Assembly (NCBI RefSeq): GCF_009914755.1
Contig: NC_060935.1
DNA length: 64,000 nt
DNA from: the human T2T-CHM13v2.0 reference genome, Homo sapiens
Strand: one strand, 5' to 3'
Shown piece by piece: positions 31,500 through 46,885 of the stretch; within the stretch, counting starts at the first letter, position 1; each line of letters opens with the position of its first letter. Made by a program: the position numbers and the translations under genes. Under the pieces are notes generated by a model. The model was not told where the DNA came from and made no database searches. It saw only the letters and a program-made list of their open reading frames with translations.

Positions 31500-31547
31500 A
31501 ATACACACATAAGCAGTTAGTATAGACAGTTGCTATTACATTCATAA

Positions 31548-31900
<353 letters not shown>

Positions 31901-33251
31901 ATCAATAAGGTTTTTAATGTGAAACATAAATGTGCTTTTTGTATGTTAACTTCAAGACCATGTGCGTTAACTTGAGCTTGGATTGTGTTCCTTGAAGGGG
32001 TTGATGTATGCCTAAACAAATTTTATTTGCAGCCACATGTTTCTGGCTCACTTACTTCTATTACTGATTTCTCAGCAGATGTTACAGTTTTCAAGGATGC
32101 CTACACTGCAGAAATCATAAAGCATGGGGAAGATAATAGATACACTGGAATGCCTGCCGAGATTTTCACCTGAAGAGTGAAAGTGCCACTTCTCTAAATA
32201 GTTTGTCTCTGGAATTTAGACCATTTTTCTCACACTGTGTGTGAGATTACATTTACTGATAGGTGATGATTCTGTCTTTACATGGTAACTTTAGATTCAG
32301 ATATACAATGCCTTTGTTTTTCAGACAGTGCCTTCCTGCTGCCACGTTTCAAACTTTTTCTTTCCCCTTGCCTGTGGTACTCCCAATTTGGACTGATAGC
32401 TTCAAAAAACAATAACTATAGATTCCATTGTGCTTCCTAGGACTCATTTTGTAGTCAGTAGTTTGGGGTCTCTTTCTATATATGTAAACTTCCACTCATT
32501 CACATTAAATCTGTTAGATTTCTCTGTGTTGCCAAAAATCTCAAAAATCTTTCCCACTAACCTCCATTGACTCAGCACTTTCTTCAGGGAAAAAAAAAAG
32601 TTGTCTATTTGGACAAGTCAGTCATTTGTCCATGAAAAAATGGTCTCATTTAGCGGTACAGCTTAAATAGCATTTTGTGTGGAATCTTAGGAGAGATATT
32701 ATTAACTACTCAAAAGATATTCTCTTATAGAAAGCATATTGGCATTCCCCTCAGTAGGTTATATTTGCCCAAAGGTCCGTATTTATAGTGGACTTCCCAG
32801 CTCATCCAGTGTAGAAGTGAGCCTCTGGTTCGCTCTTATGCAGAGAAGGCACATTGTCTACTTGCCAGTTCTTAAACATAATCTGTCTCTGTTGGCAGTT
32901 TGGACATTTTGACTAAAAATTATGCATACTTGTTCTTAAGTGATCTGTTCTCCCTTAGAATTATGGATAGCTACTATGCAGGTTCTGCAAAGGCAAGAGG
33001 AAGATGTAATGAGCTGACCATCTCAGTTTCTGATGCCAACCCATAAAAAAGAATAAAATGCCCACTTACATTTAAAGCCTGTAATATTTAGAATATGGCT
33101 AATAGCTAAGTACTAAGAATTATACATGGGATGCTTTGTGCTTATGCTTAGTGCTAAGCATTGCAGAGTACAAAAGAGAATAATATGGTTCCTGTCTTCA
33201 GGAAGCTTAAATGAAGTTGTATTTAATACTTCAAAACACTATGTGTTAGAG

Positions 33252-33512
33252 CCGCAGTCCCCAACCTTTTAAATGGCACCAGTGACCAAATAAGTGGAGG
33301 ACAATTTTTCCCAGGTTGGGGAGGATGATTTGGGGATGAAACTGTTCCACCTCAGATCATCAGGCATTAGTTAGATTCTCAAAAGGAGCATTCAACTTAG
33401 ATCCCTCACATGTGCAGTTCACAATAGGGTTCACATTCCTATGGCAGGGGGCCGGGTTCCTAACAGGCCATGGACCAGTGCTGGTCCGTGACCCAGGGGT
33501 TGAGGACCCCTC
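33252..33512 (+). mobile_element. MER1B-like hAT DNA transposon fossil
   Basis: TIRs gtccccaacc / ggttgaggacccc; core gatgaaactgttccacctcagatcatcaggcattagttagattctca. Confidence 0.88.
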
Positions 33513-33710
33513 TTTTAAAGTAAGGGCTATGTGTATACACATGTGTGTGTACCTTGGGATATTTGTGATACACATGCAGATTATTACATACAGTGTGAGG
33601 CAGTGTATGATAAGTGACAAGGTGTTGAGAGAACAGGTTATTTCTGTTTGAAGTGAAGAGGGACTTAAGGTCAAGGTGGCATTTAATTAGAGTTTCGAAA
33701 GGATGGTTAG

Positions 33711-34027
33711 GGTCTGGTGTGATGGCTCACACCTGTAATCCCAGCACTTTGGGAGGCCAAGGCAGGAGGATTGCTTGAGTCCAGGAGTTTGAGCCCAGCC
33801 TGAACAACAGAGTGAGACCTCATCTCTACAAAAAATAAAATATTAATAATTAGCCAGATGTGGTGACATGCATCTGTAGTCCCAGCTGCTCAGGAGGCTG
33901 AGGTGGAAGGATTGATTGAATCCAGGAGGTTGAGGTTGAGGTGAGCTATAATTGCACACTGTACTGCACCCTGGGCAACAAAAGAGTGAGGCCCTGACTA
34001 AAAAATAAATAAACAAATAAAATAAAA
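33711..34027 (+). mobile_element. Alu (AluJ)
   Basis: Dimer; TSD aaaggatggttag. Confidence 0.92.
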
Positions 34028-34099
34028 GGATGGTTAGGATTTCAACAGGAGTCTAGTAAAGATGCTTAATATAATAAAAAAATTATGTCAAATATTACA

Positions 34100-34288
34100 G
34101 CCCCAGATTGACTGTTCAGTCACCAGTTGTACAAATTCAGCCAGATTACTTAATCCCTCTGATTGTCAGCTTTCTCATCTATAAAATGGGAATTGAGTAA
34201 TAGTTATCATAGAAGGTTTTAGGAAGATGAAATGAGACACTGTGATATGAACATGCTTTGTAAAGTATAAAGTATTGTATAAATGTTA
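34100..34288 (+). mobile_element. MIR
   Basis: acttaatccctctgattgtcagctttctcatctataaaatggga. Confidence 0.65.
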
Positions 34289-34608
<320 letters not shown>

Positions 34609-35383
34609 ACATAGTAAATATTGAGAAGGACATGAGCCAAAGGCAGGGAATTTAAAAACCAGTAAGCTAGTAAACACTAGAGCAGAAAATGTGTGCAGGT
34701 GACTGGGAATATTGAGTCACTCATACAGTTCCCTAGTTAGGACAATTATGTTAAATTTAAAAGTCTTTCAAGATTTGTGTTGATCAAAAGATAATTTCAG
34801 AGGACTTTCAGGTCTTTGGGTGAAATGTTAATGAGTGGTAATGTTTAGTTTTATTGAATTGATGTACATAGTCACATAGAATTAATTTTTAGGTAAGCTT
34901 CTTTATTAAAGATTATAACATTGCATAAAGATAGTATATCTTGCAAAATATATTTGTCTTACAGTTGAGAGAATATGGTTGTCATGACAATGTTTGGTTT
35001 AGAGCACAAGTCTGCATGTTCTTGGGTAGACGAGAATTCTTTCGAACAGCACAGGGTGTGAATTATTTAAGCTACTTCCAGTTATCACCATATCTCATGT
35101 TACAGGTGGTTTGTATAATAATTGCATGAAAACAGTGTTTCAGAAAAGATGTCTTTCTGTGTGACAAGATGTCAGAGAATTCATTTATTTCCTCTGTTTT
35201 ACATAAATTTTATTTTTTTAAAGTGTGAAATAATAAGCTTTTCAACAAATAGAGAGAGTACCTAGACATTAAAAAAATCATGTTGAGTTGTACTGTGAAT
35301 ATTATGCTGCTTGCTGCTGACTGGTCTTGGGCTGTCACCATTTATTTGGACTCCAGTGAAATATGATTAGAAATATTTCTTCA

Positions 35384-36056
<673 letters not shown>

Positions 36057-36127
36057 AGAAAAAAAACTTTTTGAGGAAAAAAATTTCCTGACTACTAATA
36101 GTGGAGTTATTTTATTTTGGTGACTAA

Positions 36128-36457
<330 letters not shown>

Positions 36458-36909
36458 TAGTTCTGTGTGTAATTAAAAGTAAGGGAATGAGTTCATTATT
36501 AATATACACAGGTCAGAGCTACATCTGGGGTCTGATGTGTCCAGATTCCATTGGCAGGGTTTCGGGGTGCTCTGCTGGAAGAGGTACATTTATCTGAGTG
36601 TCAGAGTGACTGGAGAAAAGACAGGGCTGGAGGAGTAATGCTGGTTGCTGGTACTCTGGCCTGCTCTCCTAATTATGACTGATGGCTACAGCCAGAAGCA
36701 GAGAAAAGGCAAAAGAAGTGATGGAGGTAGAATGAGAAATAGTTGAGACAGAAAAGCACCTTTCCTTGATCTGATACGATAGGGTTTTGATTTATAACAT
36801 GAAAATTAAGTTGGGTAGAGATTAGTTTGCCTGTTTTTCTCCTTGCCTTTTCACAGTTGTAAAATGTTTTATTTTATATTCTCAGTCTCTTTATTTACAT
36901 AGTCAAAAC

Positions 36910-37760
36910 TCTCATTCACTCAATAAATATGTATCAGGTACTGTGCTATGTTAAGTACAATATGATATGTGGAAATCATTTCACAACATATCCATATATA
37001 AAAATAGCATGTACACCTTGAATATACACAATTTTTGTCAATTACATTTTAATAAAACTGAAAAAATACAGTATGATAGTTGCAATTTTAAAAGTATATA
37101 CAAACTGCATGGGAGTATAGGTGAGGGAACAAGCAGTCTACCTGAAGAGTCAGGGAAGCTTCACAAAGAAGGAATTATTTGAACTTAGACTTGAGAGAGA
37201 AGTTAGAGAAGCTTGTCAGGAAGATAAACAGAAGCAGAATGTTGCAGGCAGGTAGACAGAGATTGGAATGTTGGGGAACTGTAAATTCAAAACTGGTTAC
37301 ATGTAAAATCTGTAGGCATGCAGGATTGATACAGGGGGAGCAGATAAGTAAAGACCAGAATATGAAACATCTTGAATGCCATGTCAAAGATTTTATAGTT
37401 TATTCTGTAGGTAATGGGGAGTCTAGCCTACTGAAAATTATAGGGCATGGGTAGGGGTAAAGTGGAATTGGGATAACATGATTAGATTTGCATGTCAGAA
37501 ATATGTCTCTGGCAGCAGAGTTAAGATAGGTGGGAGATGTGGGTGAGGTGGAAGACAGGAAGACTAATAAGGAATCTAGTGCAATAGTCCATTTAAGAAA
37601 ACATGAGTCTGAACTAGAGCAGCAGCAGTAGAGGTTGAAGGTATGTAAGGGAGATTTTGTTTGACTTGGGTTTTGAAGAGAAAGAGTGTGGGTTAAAAGC
37701 TTAGCAAAGTTACACATGGTGGTGTTTTGTTCTAAGATTGTTAAAGAAGAGCAGGGAGAC
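36910..37760 (-). mobile_element. L2 fragment containing a short L1M 3' end (~36965-37068, +)
   Basis: cattcactcaataaatatgtatcaggtactgtgct; agggaagcttcacaaagaag; atgattagatttgcatg. Confidence 0.55.
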
Positions 37761-38118
37761 ATCCAGATGACAGGGACTGACCAAGAAATTATTAATTGAC
37801 CTGTTAGGTTGGATACTCATTGAACTTAGTAAGTTTAGGGACAAAGTAGCTTCCTCGGTTTGCTGTATATGGTGTAAAATATAAGGTAAAACCCTCATGT
37901 TTGTACATTGAACTGATTTGTTTCTGTGCCATTTCCCATTAGTTTTTGTCTTAGGCAATTAGGGGAAGGCAAATTATTTTTACTCATTTTAAATGTCAAT
38001 ATTACATATGTTACAGGATATGTAATGGATTTTCCATTCTATAGTCTGTGATTTTTTTTTTCTAATGGGATTGCCTGAATAAGACAAAATGTTTTTAAGT
38101 TAATTTGTTATATTCATT

Positions 38119-38175
38119 TGTGTGTGTGTGTATGTGTATATATATATATATATCACACATATACACGTATATATA
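38119..38175. repeat. (TG)n(TA)n(CA)n compound microsatellite
   Basis: tgtgtgtgtgtgtatgtgtatatatatatatatatcacacatatacacgtatatata. Confidence 0.85.
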
Positions 38176-38555
38176 AAGATTTATATCAATTTGTCATTTT
38201 TGTTGTGAAAATGTGATGCACAAAATTAGAATACTTTCATAGTTTATGTCTGTTCACTTCCATTTGTTTTTTTCCCTTCCTCTGCTTTTGGCCCTTCCAT
38301 TTGGTGTCATTTATTTCACTCTTTTTTGCCAACCTTCTGTGAGGAACTTCACTGGGATATTTTGTTTAATGCTCCTTGAAAGCATCGGCTGCCCTAAAAT
38401 TGTCTTTTTCAGAGAAGGTCTTTCTTTTTTTTTTTTTTTTTAAGTCCTTAGCTCTGTAGAAAGAAGGGGGAAAACTCCTGCTACACCTTTACATTCCCTT
38501 ATTACCAAAACGAAATATTTACCAAAACAATAGCACAAAGGAGTTCTAGGAGTTG

Positions 38556-38581
38556 TTTTTTTTTCCAAGAGAACTATTTTA

Positions 38582-38613
<32 letters not shown>

Positions 38614-39085
38614 CTTTAAGTTCTGGGATACATGTGCTGAATGTGCAGCTTTGTTACGTAGGTATACATGTGCCATGGTGGTTTGTTGCACCTATCAACT
38701 CGTCATCTAGGTTTTAAGCCCTGCATGGATTAGGTATTTGTCCTAAGGCTCTCCCTCCCCGCCTCCCCTCACCCCCAAAGAGGCCCCCATGTGTGATGTT
38801 CCCCTCCCTGTGTCCATGTATTCTCATTGTTCACCTCCCACTTATGAGTGAGAACATGTGGTGTTTGGTTTTCTATTCCTTTAGTTTGCTGAGGATGATG
38901 GTTTCCAGCTTCATCCATGTCCCTGCAAAGGACATGAACTCATTCTTTTTTTATGTCTGCGTAGTATTCCATTGTGTATATGTGCCACGTTTGCTGTATC
39001 CAGTCTATCATTGACAGGCATTTGGGTTGGTTCCAAGTCTTTGCTATTGTAAATAGTGCTACAAGAAACATACGTGCACATGTGT
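38556..39085 (-). mobile_element. 5'-truncated L1PA7/8-like element with short 3' transduction
   Basis: actttaagttctgggatacatgtgc...ccatggtggtttgttgcacctatcaac; TSD gttctaggagtt at 38543-54 and 39084-95. Confidence 0.9.
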
Positions 39086-39469
39086 TCTAGGAGTTTTTTT
39101 AGGCAGAGAAAGGTTATAGGTGTGTAAATCATATGCTGTAGGAATTACAAAGTGCTGTCACTAACATCTCAAAAGAAAATGTCAAAGTAAGACACCAAAG
39201 AAACTTGCAAACAAAAAACAGAATATTGCTTTGACGTTATAACCAAGTTTTGCCTGGCTATAGTATGTCTATTATAATTCTGGCATAAAATATACGTGGG
39301 TCAAATCAGTGTTTCTGATGTCATTGTGTGATATCTTAGGTTTTTGTTTTGTCTTTTTGGTTTTTATTTTTGCTTTTTAGTATCTAATCTTCAAGCCCTT
39401 CTAATTATATAGAAGTCAGATAAAAATTCAGATTGGTGAAGTTCTCTCTGGTGAAGACAGTGTGATGAC

Positions 39470-39695
39470 TCACATTTAATTGGGCCCTCACTGTTTTCAG
39501 GTATTCTGCTAGATACTTACTTCATCTTCACAGCAATCTTGGGAGCCGCTTAGCTATTGCCAGTTACTAGATGAGAAAGCTGAGATGCAAAGAGATTAAA
39601 AAATTGGCCGAGCTGACACAGATAATAAGTAGCAGACCTGGAATTCAAACTTAGGTCTCTCTGACCACAGTATCTGTCCTTCTCCCACTACACCA
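39470..39695 (-). mobile_element. MIR
   Basis: tagatgagaaagctgagatgcaaagagattaaa...ctggaattcaaacttaggtct. Confidence 0.65.
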
Positions 39696-40150
39696 TTTTG
39701 TCATTTCCAAGCATTCTGTGTCACTTCTTCCTAAAGGGGTACTCACTAATTGAATTTTGGGGTCCATCATTCTATGGTTGTACATTTAGTGTCCCTGCTT
39801 CCATTCATTACAAGCAGACACACACACACATGTGTGCACAGAGTATATCTAAGCACTCAAATTTTCTTGCCCACACTTAATTCTCTATCATCTCCACTAT
39901 CCTCAAAAATTTTAGTAAATGTTTATTAAGCTTCTACTCTGCTCTTGGACTAAGTCCTGGATATTCATACATTTCAAGACAAAAACAGCAGCAGTGACAA
40001 AAAGCTTAACTCTGCTCTTACCTCAAGGAGTTAATCAAATAAGAACCAGACCTTTAAGTTAATATAACACAAAAAGATCATTGTTTTCAGGGACATGAGG
40101 CTAGGAGAAAGACTAACTCTGTCTGGAAGAATCAGGGAAATTATTAGCTA

Positions 40151-40729
<579 letters not shown>

Positions 40730-41200
40730 CTATAAAGTGTTTAGATGGATTCCAATGTCTTTAAAGAATTTCTCTAGGATATTTATTTTTATCTGTAAAT
40801 TTTATAACTTCTTGATGGCCCTGATTTTCTTTAAGGATCATCTTCTTATCTCTGAGAACTCTTAAATCTTAATGGAATCTAACACATGGGAAAAATAGGG
40901 CTCTGTGGGAAGAAATTACAAGAACCCTTACAAAGTTATTCCCTCAAATTATACTTTTTTCTGGGTTTTTTTTTTGGCTTATGAAAATCTCTTTAATTGC
41001 AAAATAAGCTGAATAAATGAACTGCTTTAGCCATCTTGTATATTGAAATTGAAGAGAAGCACAAAATTAAAATATTTTTGTGTTTATAAAACAAAATGGA
41101 ATAGAAGTATCAAACATGGTTCATTTTAATAAATAACAGAAACATGGCTTTGAGATCAGTTTCCAGGTTTTGTTTTCCCCGTGGGTAAAAACTTGAGACA

Positions 41201-41496
41201 GGCCGGGCGCAGTGGCTCACGCCTGTAATCCCAGCACTTTGAGGGGCCAAGGCGGGCGGATCACGAGGGCAGGATTTCGAGACCATCCTGGCCAACATGG
41301 TGAAACCCCGTCTCTACTAAAAATACAAAAATTAGCTGGGCATGGTGGTGCATGCCTGTAATCCCAGCTACTCAGGAGGCTGAGGCAGGAGAGAATCGCT
41401 TGAACCAGGGAGTCAGAGGTTGCAGTGAGCCGAGATTGTGCCACTGCCCTCCAGCCTGGTGACAGAGGAGACTCCGTCTCAAAAAAAAAAAAAAAA
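41201..41496 (+). mobile_element. Alu (AluSc-like)
   Basis: Dimer; TSD aaaaacttgagaca. Confidence 0.93.
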
Positions 41497-41839
41497 CTTG
41501 AGACACTAATGAGCCATGGATTCACCCACACCAGTGTGTACTCATTGCCTCAACCATGAGACCTGCAACCTTTGTAAAAAGTGAGTGTGAGGACATTCAC
41601 AGTAGGAGGCTGAATGCAAATACTGGCTTTCAGTAGTTTTAGTAATTGCAGTACTATTTCCACCTGTTTTGGCCCTGGCTGTTCAGGCATTAAGTTGAGA
41701 ATAAAATAGATGAGGAATATTTAGTTTTATTCTCCAACTTTCCCAATCTAAAATGTTTATAATAAATACTTAAATAAGGATAAAAATCTATGAATTAATC
41801 ACACGTCAAACAGGGCTTCATGTAGAGTACTGAGTTGAG

Positions 41840-42303
41840 TAGCAGTGCTGGTGCAAATTCTGTCTGTGCCACTTAGTAGCTATAACCTTGGGCCGATTAT
41901 TTACACTTTCTAGGCCTGAGTTTCCATATCTATTAAATACAAATCTGTTTTTCAGGAACAGATTATAGGGATTGGTGATAATATTGGAGACAGGGAGTCG
42001 ATGTAGGGTAATAGGTCAGAGTATGGGCTGTGTAGTCAGGATACCTGAGTTTGAATCCTATCTCTGCCACTTACTAGCTTTGTGACCTTGACCACGTTTC
42101 CTGACTTCTCTCTTCTCAGTTTCCTTATCTGTAAAGGGAGAGTGATAAAAGTTCATATCTCATAGTGATTATTACTTGAGTTGATATTTGTAGGGTACTT
42201 AGAACAGTGCCCGGCACACAGTGCTAGTTAACTGTTTGTTAAATAAATTGTTAGATAAAGCTCCTGGCACCATGTAAACACTCAATACAAGGTAGCTATT
42301 ATT
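41840..42303 (+). mobile_element. Two MIRs, one (~41990-42245) nested in the other
   Basis: Two MIR cores (gagtttccatatctatt; ctcagtttccttatctgtaa) and two 3' ends (gcccggcacacag; cctggcaccatgtaaacactcaata). Confidence 0.65.
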
Positions 42304-43739
42304 TGTATTCAATGTATAATTGATTCCCTGTGAAAACAAAGCCTTAAAATTTTAATAGCCATATAACCCTCTCGGCATGTTTTTTTAATTAACTAAGGCT
42401 TTAAAGCCTTATTAATACAAACCTTTTAGGACCAAGGAAAGTTTTTCACATATTCTCAATTGTCTCTGGTTGATGCAACTTAATTTTTTGCTGAGAGAGA
42501 CCTTAAATGTAATTAGTATTGTATAATTAGCCTGATTAATCTGACCTGTACATCACGAGTCACTTGTCTTTAGCCCAAGAGGAATGCTTCCTTTCTGATT
42601 TGAGGCAGTGGCCCATCATTGCTTCTAGCAACCTTCCTACTTACTAGATGACCTTGAGTCAAGGTTTCTGTATATATGATTTCAGATTTGTCCCCTAGAA
42701 CTGAAAAAGGGTAGGAGAGGCAAAGATAGGAAAAATATTTTTTAAAAATTTTTAAGTATTTTATTTTTATTGGGAAAATATTTATTGTAAGTCTTCCATT
42801 TGTTATCCTTCTGCCACTAGCATTACGTAAAAAGTAAAAAGAGCTTTACATCAAAAAGCACAATGAAACTTTGTATCCTTAAGTCCTACTTAGCATTCCA
42901 CAGTAAGCTGGGAATATGGAAGATGGCTCAAAGGGTTTGGTTTGATTTGATTTTTTTTTCCCTCTTCATTTCTCTTCCCCTTCATTTAAGCTAAGGAAGA
43001 TTATTTATTTGCTTCTTAGCTCATTGAACTCTCTGACTGGACAAATAGATGTCTTACATTGGTCAGCAGGATCACATTTCATCTCAACTGTGATGATTGT
43101 TCCCTTCCCTCCTGTCAGATGGGAGAGTGACTGATGTTTGGAAATGAACTGTGCAACTGACCTTTTCGTGCTGGTGGGCAACAAAGTATGCATTGACGTC
43201 AGTGTTGGCCGATCCACATTCAGTTTGTGCAATGGGTCAGCTTCATCTCTATCACTCTCCACCTCTCATTTGTCAGCTTTCATTTCCTCATAATTGTCTT
43301 CTTCACTCCTATTATAATTACAAAGGATGTGTAACTCTTCATCGAGGCTGGGTAGCTGAATTCTGCTGGTAATTTTAGAAACAAGGATAAATTTAACCCT
43401 AAAGCCATCTGCTGCTCTGTAGGAGGATTTTTTAAATTATAAATTAGACATTATAACACACTGCTGGAGATTAAAAATTGCCTCAGTGGTGTTGATTCCT
43501 AGAAATCATTTACTTTTCCTTAGCTTGAAGATTGGTTTTCAATGTTTTGTGTGCTTTTTTCCTGTTTTAAAAAAAAGGACTTAGTTTAACCTAACGATTT
43601 TCTTATTTAATCTCCTATTTAAATAAAAAACCTAAAAGTATTTAGCAAGTGTAATCTTTTGCAACAGTAAACATTGACAAACTGTTTAAATCTTATGTAT
43701 ATTTTTCACCGCCTCTGTTTTATTCTGTTTTCTGGCTAG

Positions 43740-43885
43740 TCAAAAAGTGGTCTGGAGACCAGCAGCATGAGCATCACATCAGAGCTTGTTACAAATGCAG
43801 AATCTGAGGCCCATCCCTAAATGTACTGAGTCAGAATCTGCACTTTAGCAGTTTCCCCAGGTGATTTATATACATGTTAGTATTT
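43740..43885. mobile_element. MER5A-like fossil
   Basis: gaccagcagcatgagcatcac...gcttgttacaaatgcagaatctgaggccc...tactgagtcagaatctgca. Confidence 0.75.
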
Positions 43886-44329
43886 GATTTATTTCATTAT
43901 TTCATTCCAACAAACAGAATTCTCCATTTTGTATTTGGTTCCCATTAGACAACAATCATCAGAGTTAGCTTATTTACTCTATGCAAGACCCTCTTATTCC
44001 TAAAACATTGTGCCTTTGCTAATGATGTTTGGGCACTGATAATTTATATAATTTAGTGATGACAGTGATAATGGTTTTTGTTAGGACCATATAGGTCAGT
44101 CAGTCAACTTTCAAAATACAGAGCAGAAAACAATAGCAGCTCTAGGGCTGTGTTCAGATATATCCTTGGTCTGCTGCGGCTGGTTAATTAAGTAAGAGAC
44201 AGAGGACTCAGCTTTTGAGGCCTAGTTGATTTTCATGAGAGTCGATAACTGATCTGTAATTAAAGACTCTACCCCTAATCCTCTTCTATAAATATTTCAG
44301 GCCATATAGAACCCAGGTGAGAGAATATG

Positions 44330-44615
44330 AATACAAATTGGAGAAGACTAAGGAATCATGAGGCTAAATGCAATGTGGAATCCCTGAACTGAAAAGGAAC
44401 ATGTGACAAAACTCATGAAATGTTAAGTCTGTAGTTTAATTAATAGTAGTGAATCAGTGTTTTGATAATTGAAGCTTAGTTTTGATAATTATACTGTAGG
44501 TATGTAAAATGTTAACATTAGAGGAAGCTGGGTGAAGGGTATGGGGAATTCTGAATTTACTGTTGCAACTCTTCTATAAATCTAAAAGTATTTCAAAATT
44601 AAAAGTTTAAAAAAG
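44330..44615 (+). mobile_element. L1ME/MC-like 3' end
   Basis: ctaaatgcaatgtggaatcc...aagatgttaacattagaggaagctgggtgaagggtat-like...gcaactcttctataaatctaaaa. Confidence 0.7.
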
Positions 44616-45594
44616 TCAAAATGAAGCCACGTGGCATGGCATAAATGTTTTGTTTATAATAGCAAGCAGAATGTCTGAGGAACATAGCCATAGTTTTAGG
44701 TATTAACCTGCATATCACAATTAGAGAAGACATTAAACTAGAAAGATGTTTGCTTTCTAGCAGGGCTAGGCTGGATCTGAGTCTGGTAGAGAGAGAGACG
44801 AATGCCCAAGTGATTGTTTTCATAATGTTTTCCAAAAGTCAGATGATGATGTGGAGTCTTATTATTTTGTGTTGTTGCAAGACTTCTGTGTTTGTACAGT
44901 GGTTGACATGTGTATGGAATGCTGATGTTTAATGAAGGAATGAATGAATGTGGTTAGTATGATGAAGCATGAGTATAGTCCATTTCATTTGAATAAATGG
45001 CAGTAAGAAATAAATCCTGCATTTTCACATTTCATTCCCCCCCTACTCACCTCCCACTTCACTATATGCATTTAGGCAGAAAGCTGCAGACTGGGTGAAG
45101 CAAGTTATCCAGATTCCTGTGAAGAAATTAAAAGGCTCTTATTTTTAAGTGTCTTTTGCTGCCACTTTTTAACCCTGACAATTATTAACTTCTTCAAAAA
45201 TAACTATTTTTGACATGCCAGTGAGAGACATAAAGGTGGTGGTTAACAATGAAGGCTCGAAGTAGTTAAACTTGGTTTCTATTCCACTGCTGCAACTTAG
45301 TAGCTAGCTGTATAACCTCTGGCAAAATACTTAACTTTATACCCTCACTTTCTCCTAAAATAAGGATACTTCATAGAACTAAGAAGAAATTATCTTCAGA
45401 GAGTTTAAATCAGCTCCTGTCACATAGTAAAGCACTTTTAAGAGGTGGGAACAACATATTCATCTAGCAGATCTTTATCGAGCAGCTGTTGTCTGCAGAT
45501 GATATGCTGAGAGCTGGGAGTACAGAATGTTGTCCCCCATTCCCTGCTCCCGAGGAACTTAGTCTGATGGGATAGACAGATAAGTAAAATAATA

Positions 45595-45835
45595 AATAAT
45601 AATAGCAATGATAGCTTCTGTTTATTGACTACCTACTATGTTTCAATCGCAATATAATATCTATTTCTATTAATTCAACTACTTCATGAAATGTAAGTGT
45701 TGTCCCTATTTTTCAAATGAGGAAACCAAGGCTCTAAGAAGTTAAGTAATTTGTCCAAGATTGCATAGCTAATAGAAAACCCAGGATTTGATCCCCAATC
45801 TGCCTAACACCAAAGTCTTCCTTAACCCATTCTTC
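45595..45835 (-). mobile_element. MIR
   Basis: ccctatttttcaaatgaggaaaccaaggctctaagaagttaagtaatttgtccaag. Confidence 0.75.
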
Positions 45836-45858
45836 AGATGATTACAAATACAGTGTTT

Positions 45859-46165
45859 GGCAGAGGGCAGTGGCTCACACCTGTAATCCCAGCACTTTGG
45901 GGGCTGAGGCAGGAGGGTCACTTGAGCCGAGGAGTTTAAGACCAGCCTACACAACATAGTGAGACCTTGTCTCTACCCAAAAAAAGGAAAAGAAAAAAGG
46001 AAAAAAAAATTAGCCAGGCATGGTGGCGTGAGTCTATGGTCCCAGCTGCTTGGAAGGCTGAGGCAAAAAGATCACTTGAGCCTGGGAGATGAAGGCTACA
46101 ATGAGCTGTGATTCACACCACTGCCCTCCAGCCTGGGCAACAGAGCAAGACCAGTCTCAAAAGAA
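45859..46165 (+). mobile_element. Alu (AluJ)
   Basis: Dimer. Confidence 0.9.
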
Positions 46166-46610
46166 TATATAAATATAACATTTGAAGTGCTTTGACAAGG
46201 TTATAGAAGACCTCAGCACATGTAATATTGTAACAGCTTAGTGAGCCTGTCTTTCAGTGTTTCTTTTAATATCCCTATAGACCCAAGTTTCTATATTCAT
46301 ATTACCTACAGAAAATAGAAATAACTGCTTAGTACCACTCCTCCTGTAAGCAAACAGGAAGCTTTCTTTGTGCTAGATTTGTAAAGCAGAGGTTGAAACT
46401 GGGCTACCACGGGTCCAGAGAAGTGTTCCCAGCTCTTGTTCTCTTGCCTGTGAAGTGTACTATGAGAGCCTAAGGCAATAAAGAGGCCAGGCCACCTTCT
46501 TGACAGGCCTCTGTCCCATTCACTCCTTTGAGTTTATTTCACCAGCTGTGGGGAAGTTCAGAATGAAGTGGCTCTATAAGGGCTCCTGGAGACATTAAAA
46601 CTTACCAATG

Positions 46611-46885
46611 GGCCAGGTGGTGGCTCACACCTGTAATCCCAGCACTTTGGGAGGCCACAGCGGGTGGATTGCGTCAGCCCAGGAGTTGGAGACCAGCCTG
46701 GGAAACATGGCAAATCCCTGTCTCTACTAAAAATACAAAAATTAGCCTGGTGTGGTGGAGCACACCTGTGCTACTCAGGAGGTTGAGGTGCGAGGACTGC
46801 AGTGAGCTGAGATCGTGCCATTGCACTCTAGCCTGGGCAACAGAGCAAGACCCTATCTCAAAAAAGAAAAGAAAGAAAGAAAAAC
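46611..46885 (+). mobile_element. Alu (AluJ) with right-arm deletions
   Basis: Dimer; degenerate TSD aa(c)cttacca(a/g)tg. Confidence 0.88.
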
